A stretch of DNA of 64,000 bases from an uncultured delta proteobacterium (GTDB taxonomy: Bacteria > Myxococcota_A > Polyangia > Fen-1088). The notes under the pieces were generated by a model. The model made no database searches and was not told the origin of the DNA. It saw nothing but the letters and a program-made list of their open reading frames with translations. The stretch spans positions 384,001-448,000 of the forward strand of contig CAVTRY010000013.1 of assembly GCA_963737265.1 (NCBI GenBank), given 5' to 3'. A program made the position numbers and the translations under genes. This document shows positions 11,168 to 21,700 of this stretch, piece after piece (the stretch's first letter is position 1; every line of letters starts with the position of its first letter).

Positions 11168-11821
11168 CTAGGGGTTCTTGCCGGCGGACTTGAGCTCGGC
11201 CATGAGGACGCGCGACAGGGCCTCGGTGTTGGTCACCGAGTCTTTGACCATGCCCTTGAAGACGTTGTAGGCCACCACCGCCGGGATGGCCACGAGCAGG
11301 CCGACGGCTGTCGCGACCAAGGCCTCGGCGATGCCGGCCATGACGCCGGAGCTGGCATTGGCGATGTCTTTCGACATTTCCTTGAACGAGCGCACGATGC
11401 CGAGCACGGTGCCGAACAGGCCAATGTAGGGCGAGTTCGAAGCCAGCGTGGCAAGGATCGACAAGCGGCGCTCGTACTCGGCCTTGCCGCGGCTCATGGC
11501 GCCTGAAATCAAATCCTCGACCGACTCCGGGCCCTTTTCGTAGCCGCGCAGACCCGCGAGCGTGACGTTGGTTTCGAGGCTGTCGTACTTGGCGAGGAGC
11601 TTGGCCGCGGCGTCGAAATCGCCCTTGTCGAGCAGCTTGGAAAAGTCGTCCCGAACGGCCTCGAAATCGATCTTGCGCCGTCGGTAGAAGAACGAACGTT
11701 CGACCATCACGCCGACCGACAGCAGGGACAGCAGCAGTAGCAGGTAGATGACCCACTCGGAACGAAACACGGGCAGGGCGAGCAGACTTTGGACCAGACC
11801 TTGGGCAGCATTCGTATTCAT
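11168..11821 (-). CDS. exbB: ExbB/TolQ/MotA proton channel protein
   Basis: PYIGLFGTVLGI, GIAEALVATAVGLLVAIPA. Confidence 0.93.
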   Translation of the reverse strand: MNTNAAQGLVQSLLALPVFRSEWVIYLLLLLSLLSVGVMVERSFFYRRRKIDFEAVRDDFSKLLDKGDFDAAAKLLAKYDSLETNVTLAGLRGYEKGPESVEDLISGAMSRGKAEYERRLSILATLASNSPYIGLFGTVLGIVRSFKEMSKDIANASSGVMAGIAEALVATAVGLLVAIPAVVAYNVFKGMVKDSVTNTEALSRVLMAELKSAGKNP

Positions 11822-11924
11822 GACTTGTTCCTAAATAACACCGGAGCGACAGATTTTTGTCACCCCCCGCGTGGCGGCGGGTGTGATTCTTGTAGCGAAG
11901 CCACCACGCGGCGGCAAGCGAAGA

Positions 11925-12620
11925 CTACTTGGCCGACGGGCCGCCGCCGACCAGCCCGTTCATCTTCGCCGGGTCGAACGGCTTGGCCTTCTTGGTGATG
12001 GCCGCCTTCGCGCCCTTGCCCACGCCTGACAATTCCATGGTGGCCGCCGGAATTTGCATCGCGGATGGGGCGCCTTTTTCTACATCGGGCGTGGTACGCA
12101 CCTTGACGAGGCCGAGCGGCAGGACGGTCTCGTTGACCCAGACGTCGACGGTGCCCATGGCGTTCTTGTCGCGGAAATGGGACGTTTGAAAGGTTCCAGC
12201 CGGGACCTTGACCTCTTCCTTGCCGACCAGGGATTTGGGATCGGGGCGCTGGAACTTCTGCGCCGGCGTTTCGGTGGGCGCGATCATCGGCGCGTCGTCG
12301 CCAAATTGAATGACCATCGGCTTTCCCGGCTTGGCGTCGCTGGTGGGATCCGCGGCCAGCACCATGCGGAGCACGACCGGTTTGGCGACCGGCCCGCCCC
12401 GGGTGCTCATCTCCAGCGTGTTCGACTTGGCATCGCGGGCCACCAGCGCCCAGCGCGACGTCAGCGACATGCTTCCCATGCTCATGGCGTACTCGGCCCA
12501 GGACCCAATCTCGACCTTCTTGAGATCCACGACGAGCGGCATGGCCGCCGGTGCGCCCTGGGCTCTGGCGAATGAAGGTACCAACAGGGTAGCGAGCACA
12601 AGCGACGAAAGAAAGCGCAT
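11925..12620 (-). CDS. Hypothetical secreted protein
   Basis: Signal peptide, protein-like composition (EEVKVPAGTF), GGAG RBS. Confidence 0.75.
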   Translation of the reverse strand: MRFLSSLVLATLLVPSFARAQGAPAAMPLVVDLKKVEIGSWAEYAMSMGSMSLTSRWALVARDAKSNTLEMSTRGGPVAKPVVLRMVLAADPTSDAKPGKPMVIQFGDDAPMIAPTETPAQKFQRPDPKSLVGKEEVKVPAGTFQTSHFRDKNAMGTVDVWVNETVLPLGLVKVRTTPDVEKGAPSAMQIPAATMELSGVGKGAKAAITKKAKPFDPAKMNGLVGGGPSAK

Positions 12621-12706
12621 GGGAACTCCTTGGCGCCCCTTCTACCCCAAGGCGGCGCCGCTGGCTTTGCCAAACTGCTACGACTTCCCGTTCGCCTCCA
12701 GCAAGG

Positions 12707-13159
12707 TCAGAGGCCGCCGCTGCCCCCTGGGGCCAGGTAGCCGGGGCACGCAGCCTCGAAAGCCTGGCAGGAAGCTGGGCTTGCCGTGAGATCGGTGGTG
12801 GTGCCACCGGTGCTCGAACTCGACAGCTCCGCCAGGGTGATCGCATTGCAGCCGGGGATGGCGTCAAGCAACTCATTGAGCGCGACAAGGGAATCCGTCG
12901 CGCACGCCGAGTATTGTGCGACTGTGGCCGTGCAGGCAGCAGGTATGGTATCGCAGGTTTGGGTGGTTGAACTGGCGGGGGCTGCCATGCACTGGTTGTA
13001 GGCGGACGTGCATGCGGCCCGCGCCGCTGCGTCGCTGGTCGAACCGGCGAAGGCGGCGGCCATCGTCGCAGCCATCTTGCACATGTCTGCCTTGGACACG
13101 GCCTTTAGCACGTATGCGTCAGTGTCGTTGCACAGTTGTGTGGTCTCGGCCGCCGTCAA
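12707..13159 (-). CDS. Cys-rich secreted-type protein, apparently lacking its N-terminus
   Basis: Eight spaced Cys in a T/A/S-rich sequence; in-frame TAG about 20 codons upstream, no signal peptide. Confidence 0.55.
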   Translation of the reverse strand: MTAAETTQLCNDTDAYVLKAVSKADMCKMAATMAAAFAGSTSDAAARAACTSAYNQCMAAPASSTTQTCDTIPAACTATVAQYSACATDSLVALNELLDAIPGCNAITLAELSSSSTGGTTTDLTASPASCQAFEAACPGYLAPGGSGGL

Positions 13160-13291
13160 GGTATTAAGGGGCTTGGTTCGGTTGGTGCGCGTCGCCTTGA
13201 CAGCGACCGGGACCGGGGTCTAGCTTGGCGTGGTTCTGACAAAACTCGCTCGCGCCAGAGCCGCCATCGCGGGTGTCGGGCCGTTTCGGTC

Positions 13292-14272
13292 ATGAAGATT
13301 GCGCTCACGTATGCGATTTTGTTCGTGCTGCTTGTCGGCGCGACGTGCGTGGCCCTGGTCGTGGGTCACGGCAGCCTGGCCGACCCGACACTGCGAGCCA
13401 CGCTGCTCGAACTGCGTGCGACCCGCGTCGCGGCCGCCTTGTTGGCGGGGGCGGCGTTAGCCGTTGGCGGTTCGGTGGTCCAGGGCGTGTTCCGCAACCC
13501 GCTCGTCAGCCCGTCGATCCTCGGCACCACCGCGGGCGCTAGTCTGGGCGGTCAGCTCGCCTTGCTCGCGCTTGCCTGGGGCTCAGCCGGTACTGCGATT
13601 CCACCCGAGCTCGTCATGCCCGTCGGTTGTCTAGCCGGCGCCGGCCTGTCGCTCGCCATCGTGCTGCTGTTCTGCCGCGAGCGCACCGGCACACTGATGC
13701 TGATCCTGACCGGCTTCATCCTCTCTTCGCTGTTTCTGGCCATCGGGGGCTTCGTGACCAGTCTGGCCCAGGATCAGTGGGACCTGAGTCGCGCCGTGGT
13801 GGCCTTCACTTTAGGAGGCGTGGGCGGCACCAGTCTGCGCCAGGTCGTGGCGGCTCTGCCCCTCGTGCTCGTGGGCCTCGGGGCTTGCTGGGCCTGGAGC
13901 GGCACCCTCGACGTCCTGCTCTCCGGCGAGGACGAGGCACGCACGCTCGGCGTCGAGGTCGGGCAGGCCCGCCGCTGGACAGTCGTGTGGGTCGCCGTGG
14001 TCACCTCGGCAGCCATCGCCGTGGGCGGCAACGTCGCCTTCGTCGGCCTGGTGGTTCCGCACGTCTTGCGCCCCATCGTGGGCGTGCGCCACCGCCGATT
14101 GATTCCGGCGGCCGCGCTTCTCGGCGGAACCTTCTTGGTCGGGTGCGATGTCATCGCCCGCGTGGTTCCGAGCCGCACCGAGCTTCCGCTTGGCGTGATC
14201 ACCGGCATCATCGGCGCGCCAGTCTTTCTTTTCCTGCTGGCCCGATCCTACCGCGAGGTCGAGCATGGCTAA
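13292..14272 (+). CDS. FecCD/BtuC-family ABC permease
   Basis: QGVFRNPLVSPSILG, GEDEARTLGV, AFVGLVVPH, ELPLGVITGIIGAP. Confidence 0.92.
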   Translation: MKIALTYAILFVLLVGATCVALVVGHGSLADPTLRATLLELRATRVAAALLAGAALAVGGSVVQGVFRNPLVSPSILGTTAGASLGGQLALLALAWGSAGTAIPPELVMPVGCLAGAGLSLAIVLLFCRERTGTLMLILTGFILSSLFLAIGGFVTSLAQDQWDLSRAVVAFTLGGVGGTSLRQVVAALPLVLVGLGACWAWSGTLDVLLSGEDEARTLGVEVGQARRWTVVWVAVVTSAAIAVGGNVAFVGLVVPHVLRPIVGVRHRRLIPAAALLGGTFLVGCDVIARVVPSRTELPLGVITGIIGAPVFLFLLARSYREVEHG

Positions 14273-15044
14273 TGTGCCTCTCCTGCAGGCCTGCAACCTG
14301 ACCGTCGTCCACGGCCAGCGCAAGCTGCTCGACGACATCTCCGTCTCGCTCGACGCTGGCCAGATCCTTGCGCTGGTCGGCCCCAACGGCGCCGGCAAGA
14401 GCACGCTGATGAAGGCGTTGGCCGGCATCCTTTCGCCCCAGCAGGGCGAGATTTTCTTCGACGGTCAATCGCACGAGGCGCTTCCGCAGCGCGAGCGAGC
14501 TCGCCGCCTGGCCTACGTTCCCCAACACTCGGCCCTCGATGCACCCATGCCGGCCCGTGAAGTCGTGGCCCAGGGCCGCTTCCTTCATCGCGATCGTTGG
14601 GGGCGATCGTCCCCTGACGATGAAGGCGCCATTACCTCGGCGTTTGAAGCCACCGGCGCGCTGCACTTGGCAGATCGGCTTTTCACGCGCCTGTCCTACG
14701 GTGAGCGCCGGCTGGTTCTGCTCGCGCGCGCCCTGGCCACCGGCGCGCGCATTCTTCTGCTCGATGAACCGACGGCCGCGCTCGATGTCGCCCACGCGCT
14801 GTCGCTGCTGCACGTCCTGTGCGATCTGGCGGATCGTGGCCACGCCTTGATCGTGGCCCTGCACCAGCTCGACGAGGTCGCGGAGTTTTGCACCCAGGTG
14901 CTGCTCTTGCGCCAAGGCCGCGTCGTCCGCGCCGGCTCGGTCACGGATGTGATCGCCGCCGCGCCGGTGCGCGAAGTGTTCGGCGTCGATCTGATCCCTG
15001 GCGCCCATTTCGGCTACCGCATCGCCGGCGAGGGCAAGCCATGA
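14265..15044 (+). CDS. Iron-complex/cobalamin ABC ATP-binding protein
   Basis: GPNGAGKST, LSYGE, LLLDEPT. Confidence 0.93.
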   Translation: MANVPLLQACNLTVVHGQRKLLDDISVSLDAGQILALVGPNGAGKSTLMKALAGILSPQQGEIFFDGQSHEALPQRERARRLAYVPQHSALDAPMPAREVVAQGRFLHRDRWGRSSPDDEGAITSAFEATGALHLADRLFTRLSYGERRLVLLARALATGARILLLDEPTAALDVAHALSLLHVLCDLADRGHALIVALHQLDEVAEFCTQVLLLRQGRVVRAGSVTDVIAAAPVREVFGVDLIPGAHFGYRIAGEGKP

Positions 15045-16018
15045 ATCGCGTGGCGGTGGTGAATCTCTCGGCCTTCCTGCTCGCTCTCACGGGCACGCTG
15101 GCGCTCGCCTGGCCGCATTCGGATGCAACCGGTGGCAGGACCGTGTTGCGCGGGCACGCGAGTGGCGCGGCCCCGGCGCGAATTTCTCTCGGCAACGGCG
15201 CCTTCGCGGTGGCCGATGCTTCCCGCCACCTGGTTCCCCTGCGACGGTACCAGCGCATCGTCTCGACCAACCTCGTGACCGACCGCTTGCTGGTTGAGCT
15301 GTGCGAGCCCGCGCGCATTCGCGCCGTCACCACCGCGTCGGCCGAGCGCAAACGCGACGGTTACCGTTACCGAGGCTTGCCTACCGTGGACGGCTTCGGC
15401 CCCGTGGAGGCGATTTTGGCGTTGCAGCCCGATCTCGTGCTGACCAACAGCTTTGGTGCGCCCGCAAGCAGCGATCGATTGCGATCCGCAGGCGTGGAAG
15501 TCTTCGACCTCGGCGAGCTGCGCGGCACCGACAGTTTATCCAGGGTCGCGTGGAACCTCGGCGAGCTTCTCGGCGCACCCGAGCGTGCCCAGCGATTCGT
15601 GCAAAGCTTCTCCACTCGTATGCACAACGTGAGCGCGCGCATGGGTGCTCGCAAGCCCGTGCGCGCGATGTTCCTGTCCACGCTTGGCCCCGACCTGCAG
15701 GGCGGCACGCGCGGCACGTCGTATCACGACATCCTAGCTGCCGCCGGGCTCGACGACATCGCGGCCGAGCAGTACCGCGACTGGCCCGCCTATTCGGCCG
15801 AACAGGTGCTTGCCCTTGCGCCCGACATTTTTGTCACGCGCGAAGGCTTCGCCGCCGGGATCTGCAAATACCCCGGAATGGACCACGTGCCAGCCTGTCG
15901 CGGGAAGGGCCGCATCGTCGAGCTGCCCGGCGAGCTGCTCGACGAGCCCGGCATCGCCATGCTCGAGGCGGCAGAAGATCTGTTCGCACTGGTGTACGGC
16001 CCGTACGGCCCGCCGTAG
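15041..16018 (+). CDS. Periplasmic binding protein (BtuF/FecB type)
   Basis: RIVSTNLVTD, EAILALQPDLV, EQVLALAPD; start ATGA overlap. Confidence 0.88.
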   Translation: MNRVAVVNLSAFLLALTGTLALAWPHSDATGGRTVLRGHASGAAPARISLGNGAFAVADASRHLVPLRRYQRIVSTNLVTDRLLVELCEPARIRAVTTASAERKRDGYRYRGLPTVDGFGPVEAILALQPDLVLTNSFGAPASSDRLRSAGVEVFDLGELRGTDSLSRVAWNLGELLGAPERAQRFVQSFSTRMHNVSARMGARKPVRAMFLSTLGPDLQGGTRGTSYHDILAAAGLDDIAAEQYRDWPAYSAEQVLALAPDIFVTREGFAAGICKYPGMDHVPACRGKGRIVELPGELLDEPGIAMLEAAEDLFALVYGPYGPP

Positions 16019-16032
16019 TTGCGCTTCGGCCG

Positions 16033-16452
16033 TCACAGCTTCGTTTCGGTCAGCTCCAAGATGCGCGCGAATTCCTCCGCCGTCACCGGGCTAACGCTGA
16101 GCCGCGGCCGCCGTAGCAAGGCCATCGCGGCGAGCTTCTTTTCGGCCTTGAGCGCGCCCAGGTCGACGGGCTTGGCCACCGCCTTGACCGGAGCCAGATC
16201 GACCACCGACCAGTCTCCCTCCTTCGCCGTGGGATCGGCGTACGCCTCCTTGACCACCTTGGCGACCCCGACAATCTCCTTGCCTTCGCCCGAGTGGTAG
16301 TAGAAGACGAGGTCGCCGCTCTTCATCGCGCGCAAATTGTTGCGAGCGGCGAAGTTGCGCACGCCCTCCCAGCGCGTGCGCCCATCCTTCACCAGCTGCC
16401 GCCACGAATACGTGGAGGGTTCGCTCTTCACCAACCAATGATTCGCCGTCAT
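16033..16452 (-). CDS. EVE domain protein
   Basis: WLVKSEP, WEGVRNFAARNNL, RLSVSPV. Confidence 0.92.
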   Translation of the reverse strand: MTANHWLVKSEPSTYSWRQLVKDGRTRWEGVRNFAARNNLRAMKSGDLVFYYHSGEGKEIVGVAKVVKEAYADPTAKEGDWSVVDLAPVKAVAKPVDLGALKAEKKLAAMALLRRPRLSVSPVTAEEFARILELTETKL

Positions 16453-16495
16453 GGTCGACGAATTCTACCCGATTCCCCGCCAACGCCAGCCGACC

Positions 16496-16940
16496 CTACC
16501 GCTTCGGCGGTTGAGCGCCGCCCTTGCCGCCACCCTTGCCGAAGCGTTTCCAGACCACGGAGTCGAGTGCGTAGCGGCCGCAACCCAGGAGCAGAATGGT
16601 CAGGCTGGCGGCGAAGTAGAGCATCCACACCTCGCGCTCGCGCCAGGATGTGCCGTGCAGGCCGGAAAAAAGGCTCAGCGCGACGACGAAGGAAAGCACG
16701 AAGGCAGCGGCGCGGCCCACGAGCCCGGTGGCCAGCAATATGCCGCCGACGAATTCGCCGGCGATGGCCAGGATGAGCGAATATTTGTGGCCCATGCCGA
16801 GTGGGTCGGGAAAGGCGCCGACCTGCGAGCTGTAGTGGTGCAGCCTTGTCCCAGCCGTGCAGGCAGGCGACGTTGACGCCCACCACGGCACGCAGCACTA
16901 GTAAGGCGAAGTTGGAAGGTAGTTCCCTGCTGATTGCCAC
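16496..16940 (-). CDS. DoxX family membrane protein; +1 frameshift near 16845
   Basis: FALLVLRAVVG...HGWDK in one frame, FPDPLGMG...GEFVGG...GCGRYALD in another; one extra G. Confidence 0.8.
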
Positions 16941-17218
16941 GGCCGAAGAGTGGCACGATCGCCCCTCGACCCCCAAAAAATCTGTCGTTTGAGGCAGCCA
17001 GCGGCGGTGCTGGCAGCGGGGGAAACGGGCCTGTGTCGCGGCGGTCTTCGCGCGACGCTCAGCATTCGACTGAACGGAGGCACTCATGCACGTCGCCAAC
17101 CCACTTGAGCCGCCCAAGAACTGTTCCCTATCAGCCGATGCTGATGGGCGAATGGCCGGCGTGCTAGCATGGCGACCGCTTCACAGGTCAAAGAAAACTT
17201 CAGCAACGAAGGAAGCCC

Positions 17219-17446
17219 ATGAAACGCCTCTTTATCACGTCGGTCGTAAGCTTGGTCGCTGGCCTCATTCTCGGCCTCGTTGCTGGCCGGCGGCTGCCGC
17301 CGTCAGGCGAGCAAGTTGAGAGCTACCTCAACAACCTGAGCGTCGGCGAGTTTTCGAATTTCGCCAAGCGTGTGAATGCCCAGTTGGGTTTCCATGCCTT
17401 CCCGGAGCGCCTCCTGCCCGGGACCGCCGCCGAGCCCAGCAAGTAG
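17219..17446 (+). CDS. Small hypothetical membrane protein
   Basis: 75 aa, one TM helix, AAGGA RBS. Confidence 0.6.
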   Translation: MKRLFITSVVSLVAGLILGLVAGRRLPPSGEQVESYLNNLSVGEFSNFAKRVNAQLGFHAFPERLLPGTAAEPSK

Positions 17447-17451
17447 CAGCT

Positions 17452-18456
17452 TCAGCTCCGCGGTCCCGGCTGATCGCCGCCGACCGCGGCAATGGTTTCT
17501 TCCACCGTGGGCAGCGCCGAGCGCGCGCCGATACTGCGACACACGAGGCCGGCGGCAGCGTTGGCAAACGGGACGGCTCGCTCAAGCGGCCAGCCATGCA
17601 TGTGCGCGAACGCGAACGCGCCCGCGAACGCGTCGCCCGCGCCCGAGGTGTCGGCGACGAAAATGTCGAGGGCTTCCTGCTCGACCAGCTTCGTGCCTTC
17701 GAGTCCGACCGCGCCGGATTCGCCCATGGTCAGCAGGGCGATGCGCGGGCCGAGATTGAGGATCTCGCGCAGGCTGTCGCCCAGGTTGTCCGCGGGCGCG
17801 AGCTCGTGGGCGAAGCGCTCGGAGCCGATGACGATATCAGACAGCGAAAGAAGCTCGCCCATGCCACCGGAAAGCTGGCTGGCATTGAGCAGAACCTGGA
17901 TGCCTTTGTCGCGGGCCTTTTCGGCGACGGCGGCCTGCAAGGCGGGCTGGGTTCCGTCGATGACCAGCATGGCGGCGCCGTCAAGCAGGTGCGCGGGCAG
18001 GTCGCGCGGAGTCAGCGGCGTCACGTTGCCGCGCGAGCGCAGGATTTTTCGCCGTCGGGTGAGCTCGTCGATTTGCAGCACCGACACCGGCGACACCTTG
18101 TCCTTCTCGATGGAAAGCATCGAGGTGTCGATGTGGAGGTTCTGCATGCTGCGCAGAATGAAGTGGCCGTGTTCGTCGTCGCCGATACGGCCGAAGAAGC
18201 GCGTGTTGGATCCCATTACCGCCAGCGTCGCCACCATGTTCGACGCCGACCCGCCGGCCTGCATGCTGAAAACCGGAGCGTCGACGAGGCGTTCGTCAAT
18301 GCGCGGGGACAGGAACAGCAAATCGACGGTTGCGAGACCGACGCCGACGACGACGCCCCGAGGCTGCGCCGGCCGGGCCTTCGCGGTTTTCTTTTCCGTT
18401 GTCCTAGCCCTGCTTTTGACACGGGCTGGTTTGCGAACAACTCGTCGTTTCGTCAC
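17452..18456 (-). CDS. PfkB/ribokinase-family carbohydrate kinase
   Basis: GGSASN, GRIGDD, DTSGAGDAFAGAF. Confidence 0.92.
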   Translation of the reverse strand: MTKRRVVRKPARVKSRARTTEKKTAKARPAQPRGVVVGVGLATVDLLFLSPRIDERLVDAPVFSMQAGGSASNMVATLAVMGSNTRFFGRIGDDEHGHFILRSMQNLHIDTSMLSIEKDKVSPVSVLQIDELTRRRKILRSRGNVTPLTPRDLPAHLLDGAAMLVIDGTQPALQAAVAEKARDKGIQVLLNASQLSGGMGELLSLSDIVIGSERFAHELAPADNLGDSLREILNLGPRIALLTMGESGAVGLEGTKLVEQEALDIFVADTSGAGDAFAGAFAFAHMHGWPLERAVPFANAAAGLVCRSIGARSALPTVEETIAAVGGDQPGPRS

Positions 18457-18521
18457 GGCCTTATGGTACCGCAGTTTATGTTTTTTCTACATCTTCCGGT
18501 CTGGCCGATTTGGCCGATCAT

Positions 18522-18734
18522 CTAGGAGCCTGCCGCGGTAACCCGGACCGAGCGCGGCGGAGCGCAGCCGGGCCGGATATGAGGCGCGACGAGGGCGCGC
18601 CTTGCGGGGAGGGGCAGGGCGGGTGGTGGGTCCCTCGGGCGAATACTCGACGTATTCAACCGACGAGCAACGAAGCAGACGGCCCGGCTCCGCCCGCCAC
18701 GCGACATGGAGTGGTTACCGCGACAGGCTCCTAG
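18522..18734. mobile_element. MITE (213 bp including both CTAG) with 22-bp terminal inverted repeats
   Basis: CTAGGAGCCTGCCGCGGTAACC ... GGTTACCGCGACAGGCTCCTAG (1 mismatch); core shared with 30211-30418. Confidence 0.85.
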
Positions 18735-21700
18735 TGGCTGATCCCGGCAACAGCGGCCGGCCGAGGGCTTGCTGAGCCACAACATAGCGTTCCAGCGCAG
18801 CCACGGCTTTGGCGCAGTTGGCGTTGGCGAAGTACGAGCGGCCGAGGTAGTAGAGCAATTCGGGCCGCAGCTTGGCGAACTCGGCGTCATCGGCCAGGGG
18901 TTTCAGCTCGTCGATGGCATCGCCGTAAAACTCCGCCTTGTAGTCGAGAAACCCGGTGAGCAGCGAGAAGTCCTTGCCGAGCTTCCCGCCCCAGGTTTGC
19001 TCGGGCCAGTCCTCGACGATCTTGAACGCGCTGGCGTATTTGTTCTTTTCGACCGAGGCCACGATTTGCCCGTATTCCTCGTGCACGCGCGTCGCCACGT
19101 CGGGCGCCAGGCTGGGCGGCACAACCGGCGGCGCAAGACCATCGGACGGGGCCAACGGCACCTCCGGATCGCGATCTTCGCGCGTCGCCACCAAGTCCAG
19201 CAGCAAGCGGGCGTGGGCGACGTCGGGGGTGTCGCCGGCGGCCTCGGCGCGCTTTTGCCAAAGCTTCGCCTCGCGCGCTTTGCCGTGGGCGAGCAGGCTG
19301 CGCGCCAGGTGGGCCATGTCGGATGCACGGGTTTCGCCGTCGTAGCCTTCTACGAGTCCGGTGAGGTGGCCGTACGGCCACATCGGCCCGTAAACCTTGG
19401 CCAGGTAGGGATCGTAGGCCTGGTAGCGCAGAAGGTCGCGCGGGGCTGCGAATTCGATGAGGGCGTTGTCGTCCGTGTTGAGCTGCGCGCCCGCGGTGAA
19501 CGAATGCAGCTCTTCCGGGCCGAGCAGGAGAAATGCAGGAATGTCGTGCGGCGAATTGAACCCCGCGCGTTTTGCCTCGGCTGCGGTCAGCGGGTTTTCG
19601 AAGGCGCGCGCGATTTTGTGGATGTCGAGCTCGATGGGTTTCCGACTGGCGATGAGAATCGTATCCGACGACAGATCCTCGGCGGCGAACACCATCACGT
19701 AGGGAAATTCGTCGGCCAGGGTGCGGTAGATGGCCTTAATGTTCCACGGCGCCATCTCGTAAAGCTGCGCCCACTGGCAGAAGATGCCGTCCTCGGCCAG
19801 ACGTGACTTGACCGATTGGAAATACTCGCGCGTGAAGAGGTTGGACACGCCGGTAATCCACGGGTTGGATGGCTGGCTGATGATGATGTCGTAGAGGTCG
19901 CGGCGCTGGCTGAGAAAGTTGCGACCGTCGCCGGCGATGGCCCGGACATGCGGGTTCTCCGTCGGGCGGTGGTTTACGTCATCGAAGAAGTGCGCGGCGG
20001 CGTAGATGGCGGGTTCCAGCTCGACGACTTCCAGACTGGCGATGGGGTATTGGGTGGTGGCGCCGGCGGTGACGCCCGAGCCGTAGCCGATGAGCGCGAC
20101 CTTGGGCGCATGGTCGTTGTTGTAGAGCAGGAGCGGCAAGAGGCCGACGCTGATCTGGGTCGGCATGTCGGCGTCGTTCGAGGCGTCGACCTTGCCGTTG
20201 TTCTTCATCGAGAAGACCTTGCCCCATTGATCGACCGATACCGTCGTGGCGATGCCGTCCTTGTAATAAACCAGCTTCGGCGTCTGCCACTTCTTCTTCT
20301 GGTGGCGCCGCTCGACCATGTCGATGTAGTCGCGCGCCATGGAAATGCGGAAAAATCCGATGGAAAAGTTGGTCAGGTTCCAGCGCGGCAGCGCCAGCGC
20401 GGCGCAGGCCATGGCAAGGGCGGTCGCCATGCCGAGAATTCGGCGCGCGCGGGGCAGGGCGGGTGCCACGGCGAAAAGCAGAAAGGCCAGCGCGAGGTCG
20501 ACTACGGCGGCGAGATAGATTCCGCGCTGCAGGCCGAGCCCCGGCAAGATGAAGAACCCGGAGAAGAATGATCCGACAATGGCGCCCACGGTATTGAGGG
20601 CGTAGGCGGAGCCGACGTCGCGGCCCACGGTCGCGAGATCGCCGGTCACCACGCGAACCGTGAGCGGGAAAATGCCGCCCATGAGAAAGGTCGAGGGCAG
20701 CACGGTCAGACAGGCGAGGGCGAATTGACAGGTCAGCACCGCATCCGCGCTCACCAAGGTGGACGACAACAGGTAGGTGAACACGAAGGGCAGGCGGTCG
20801 GTGATGATGTAGGACAGCCCGATGCAGGCCACGATGCCGAGGTGGGTAAGCGCCAGCCCGCGCACCGGATTGCGCAAGCGGCCGACCAGACGGCCGAACA
20901 CCGCCGAGCCACTTCCGAGGCCAATGAGAAACGCCAGCAAGATGATGGTGAAGGAGAAAATCGACGAACCGATGATCACGGCCAGGGCGCGCGTCCACAG
21001 CACCTGCAGGGTCATGGCCGTCGCGCCCGACACCGCGAAGGCGAACAAGACCGCGCGACGGGCCGCCGGCGAAATTCGCGCGATGGCAGGGGTGGACGCC
21101 GGTAGCCCTTCCGCCGCCGCGGCAAGCTCGTCGAGGGTTTCGCCCACGGCGCCGGCGGACTTTTTAGGGGCCAGCCGACGTGCGACCAAGATGGCGACGG
21201 CCAGCGATATGTCGAAGCTGGCCGCCACCCGATTGGTGCTGCGCACGCCCACCATGGGCAAAAAGATGAAGCCGGCCAGGAACGTCCCGGCCACCGCGCC
21301 AAACAGGTTCACCGCGTAAAGCGTCCCCAAGCGCAGGCTTACGCGACCGAGCTCGAACGGCCGCGACACGAAATAGCGGGCCAGAATCGGCAGCGTGGCC
21401 CCCATCAGCGTCGTCGGCACGATGAGCAGGCCCGCCGACGCAAAGAAGCGCAGGATGGAAAGCAGGGTGTAGCGGTCGCCGAAGGTCGACCACAGCCACT
21501 GGTTGAGCGCCGGGTAGTAGCCGATGATCCACGGCACCGAAAGCGCGTAGATGCCGATGGCGGCCTCGGCCATGGCGTAGGCGCGCACGGGATCCTTGAG
21601 TCGGTCGCTGAATTTGCCCGCCAGATAGGAGCCGAGGCCGAGCCCTCCCATGTAGGCGGTCAGCACGGTCGACACGGCCAGGGCCGTCGAGCCGAAGACC

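Noticed and set aside
11822-13291. Cobalamin riboswitch or Fur box for the TonB/ABC genes
   Set aside because: No B12-box or convincing Fur palindrome recognised by eye.
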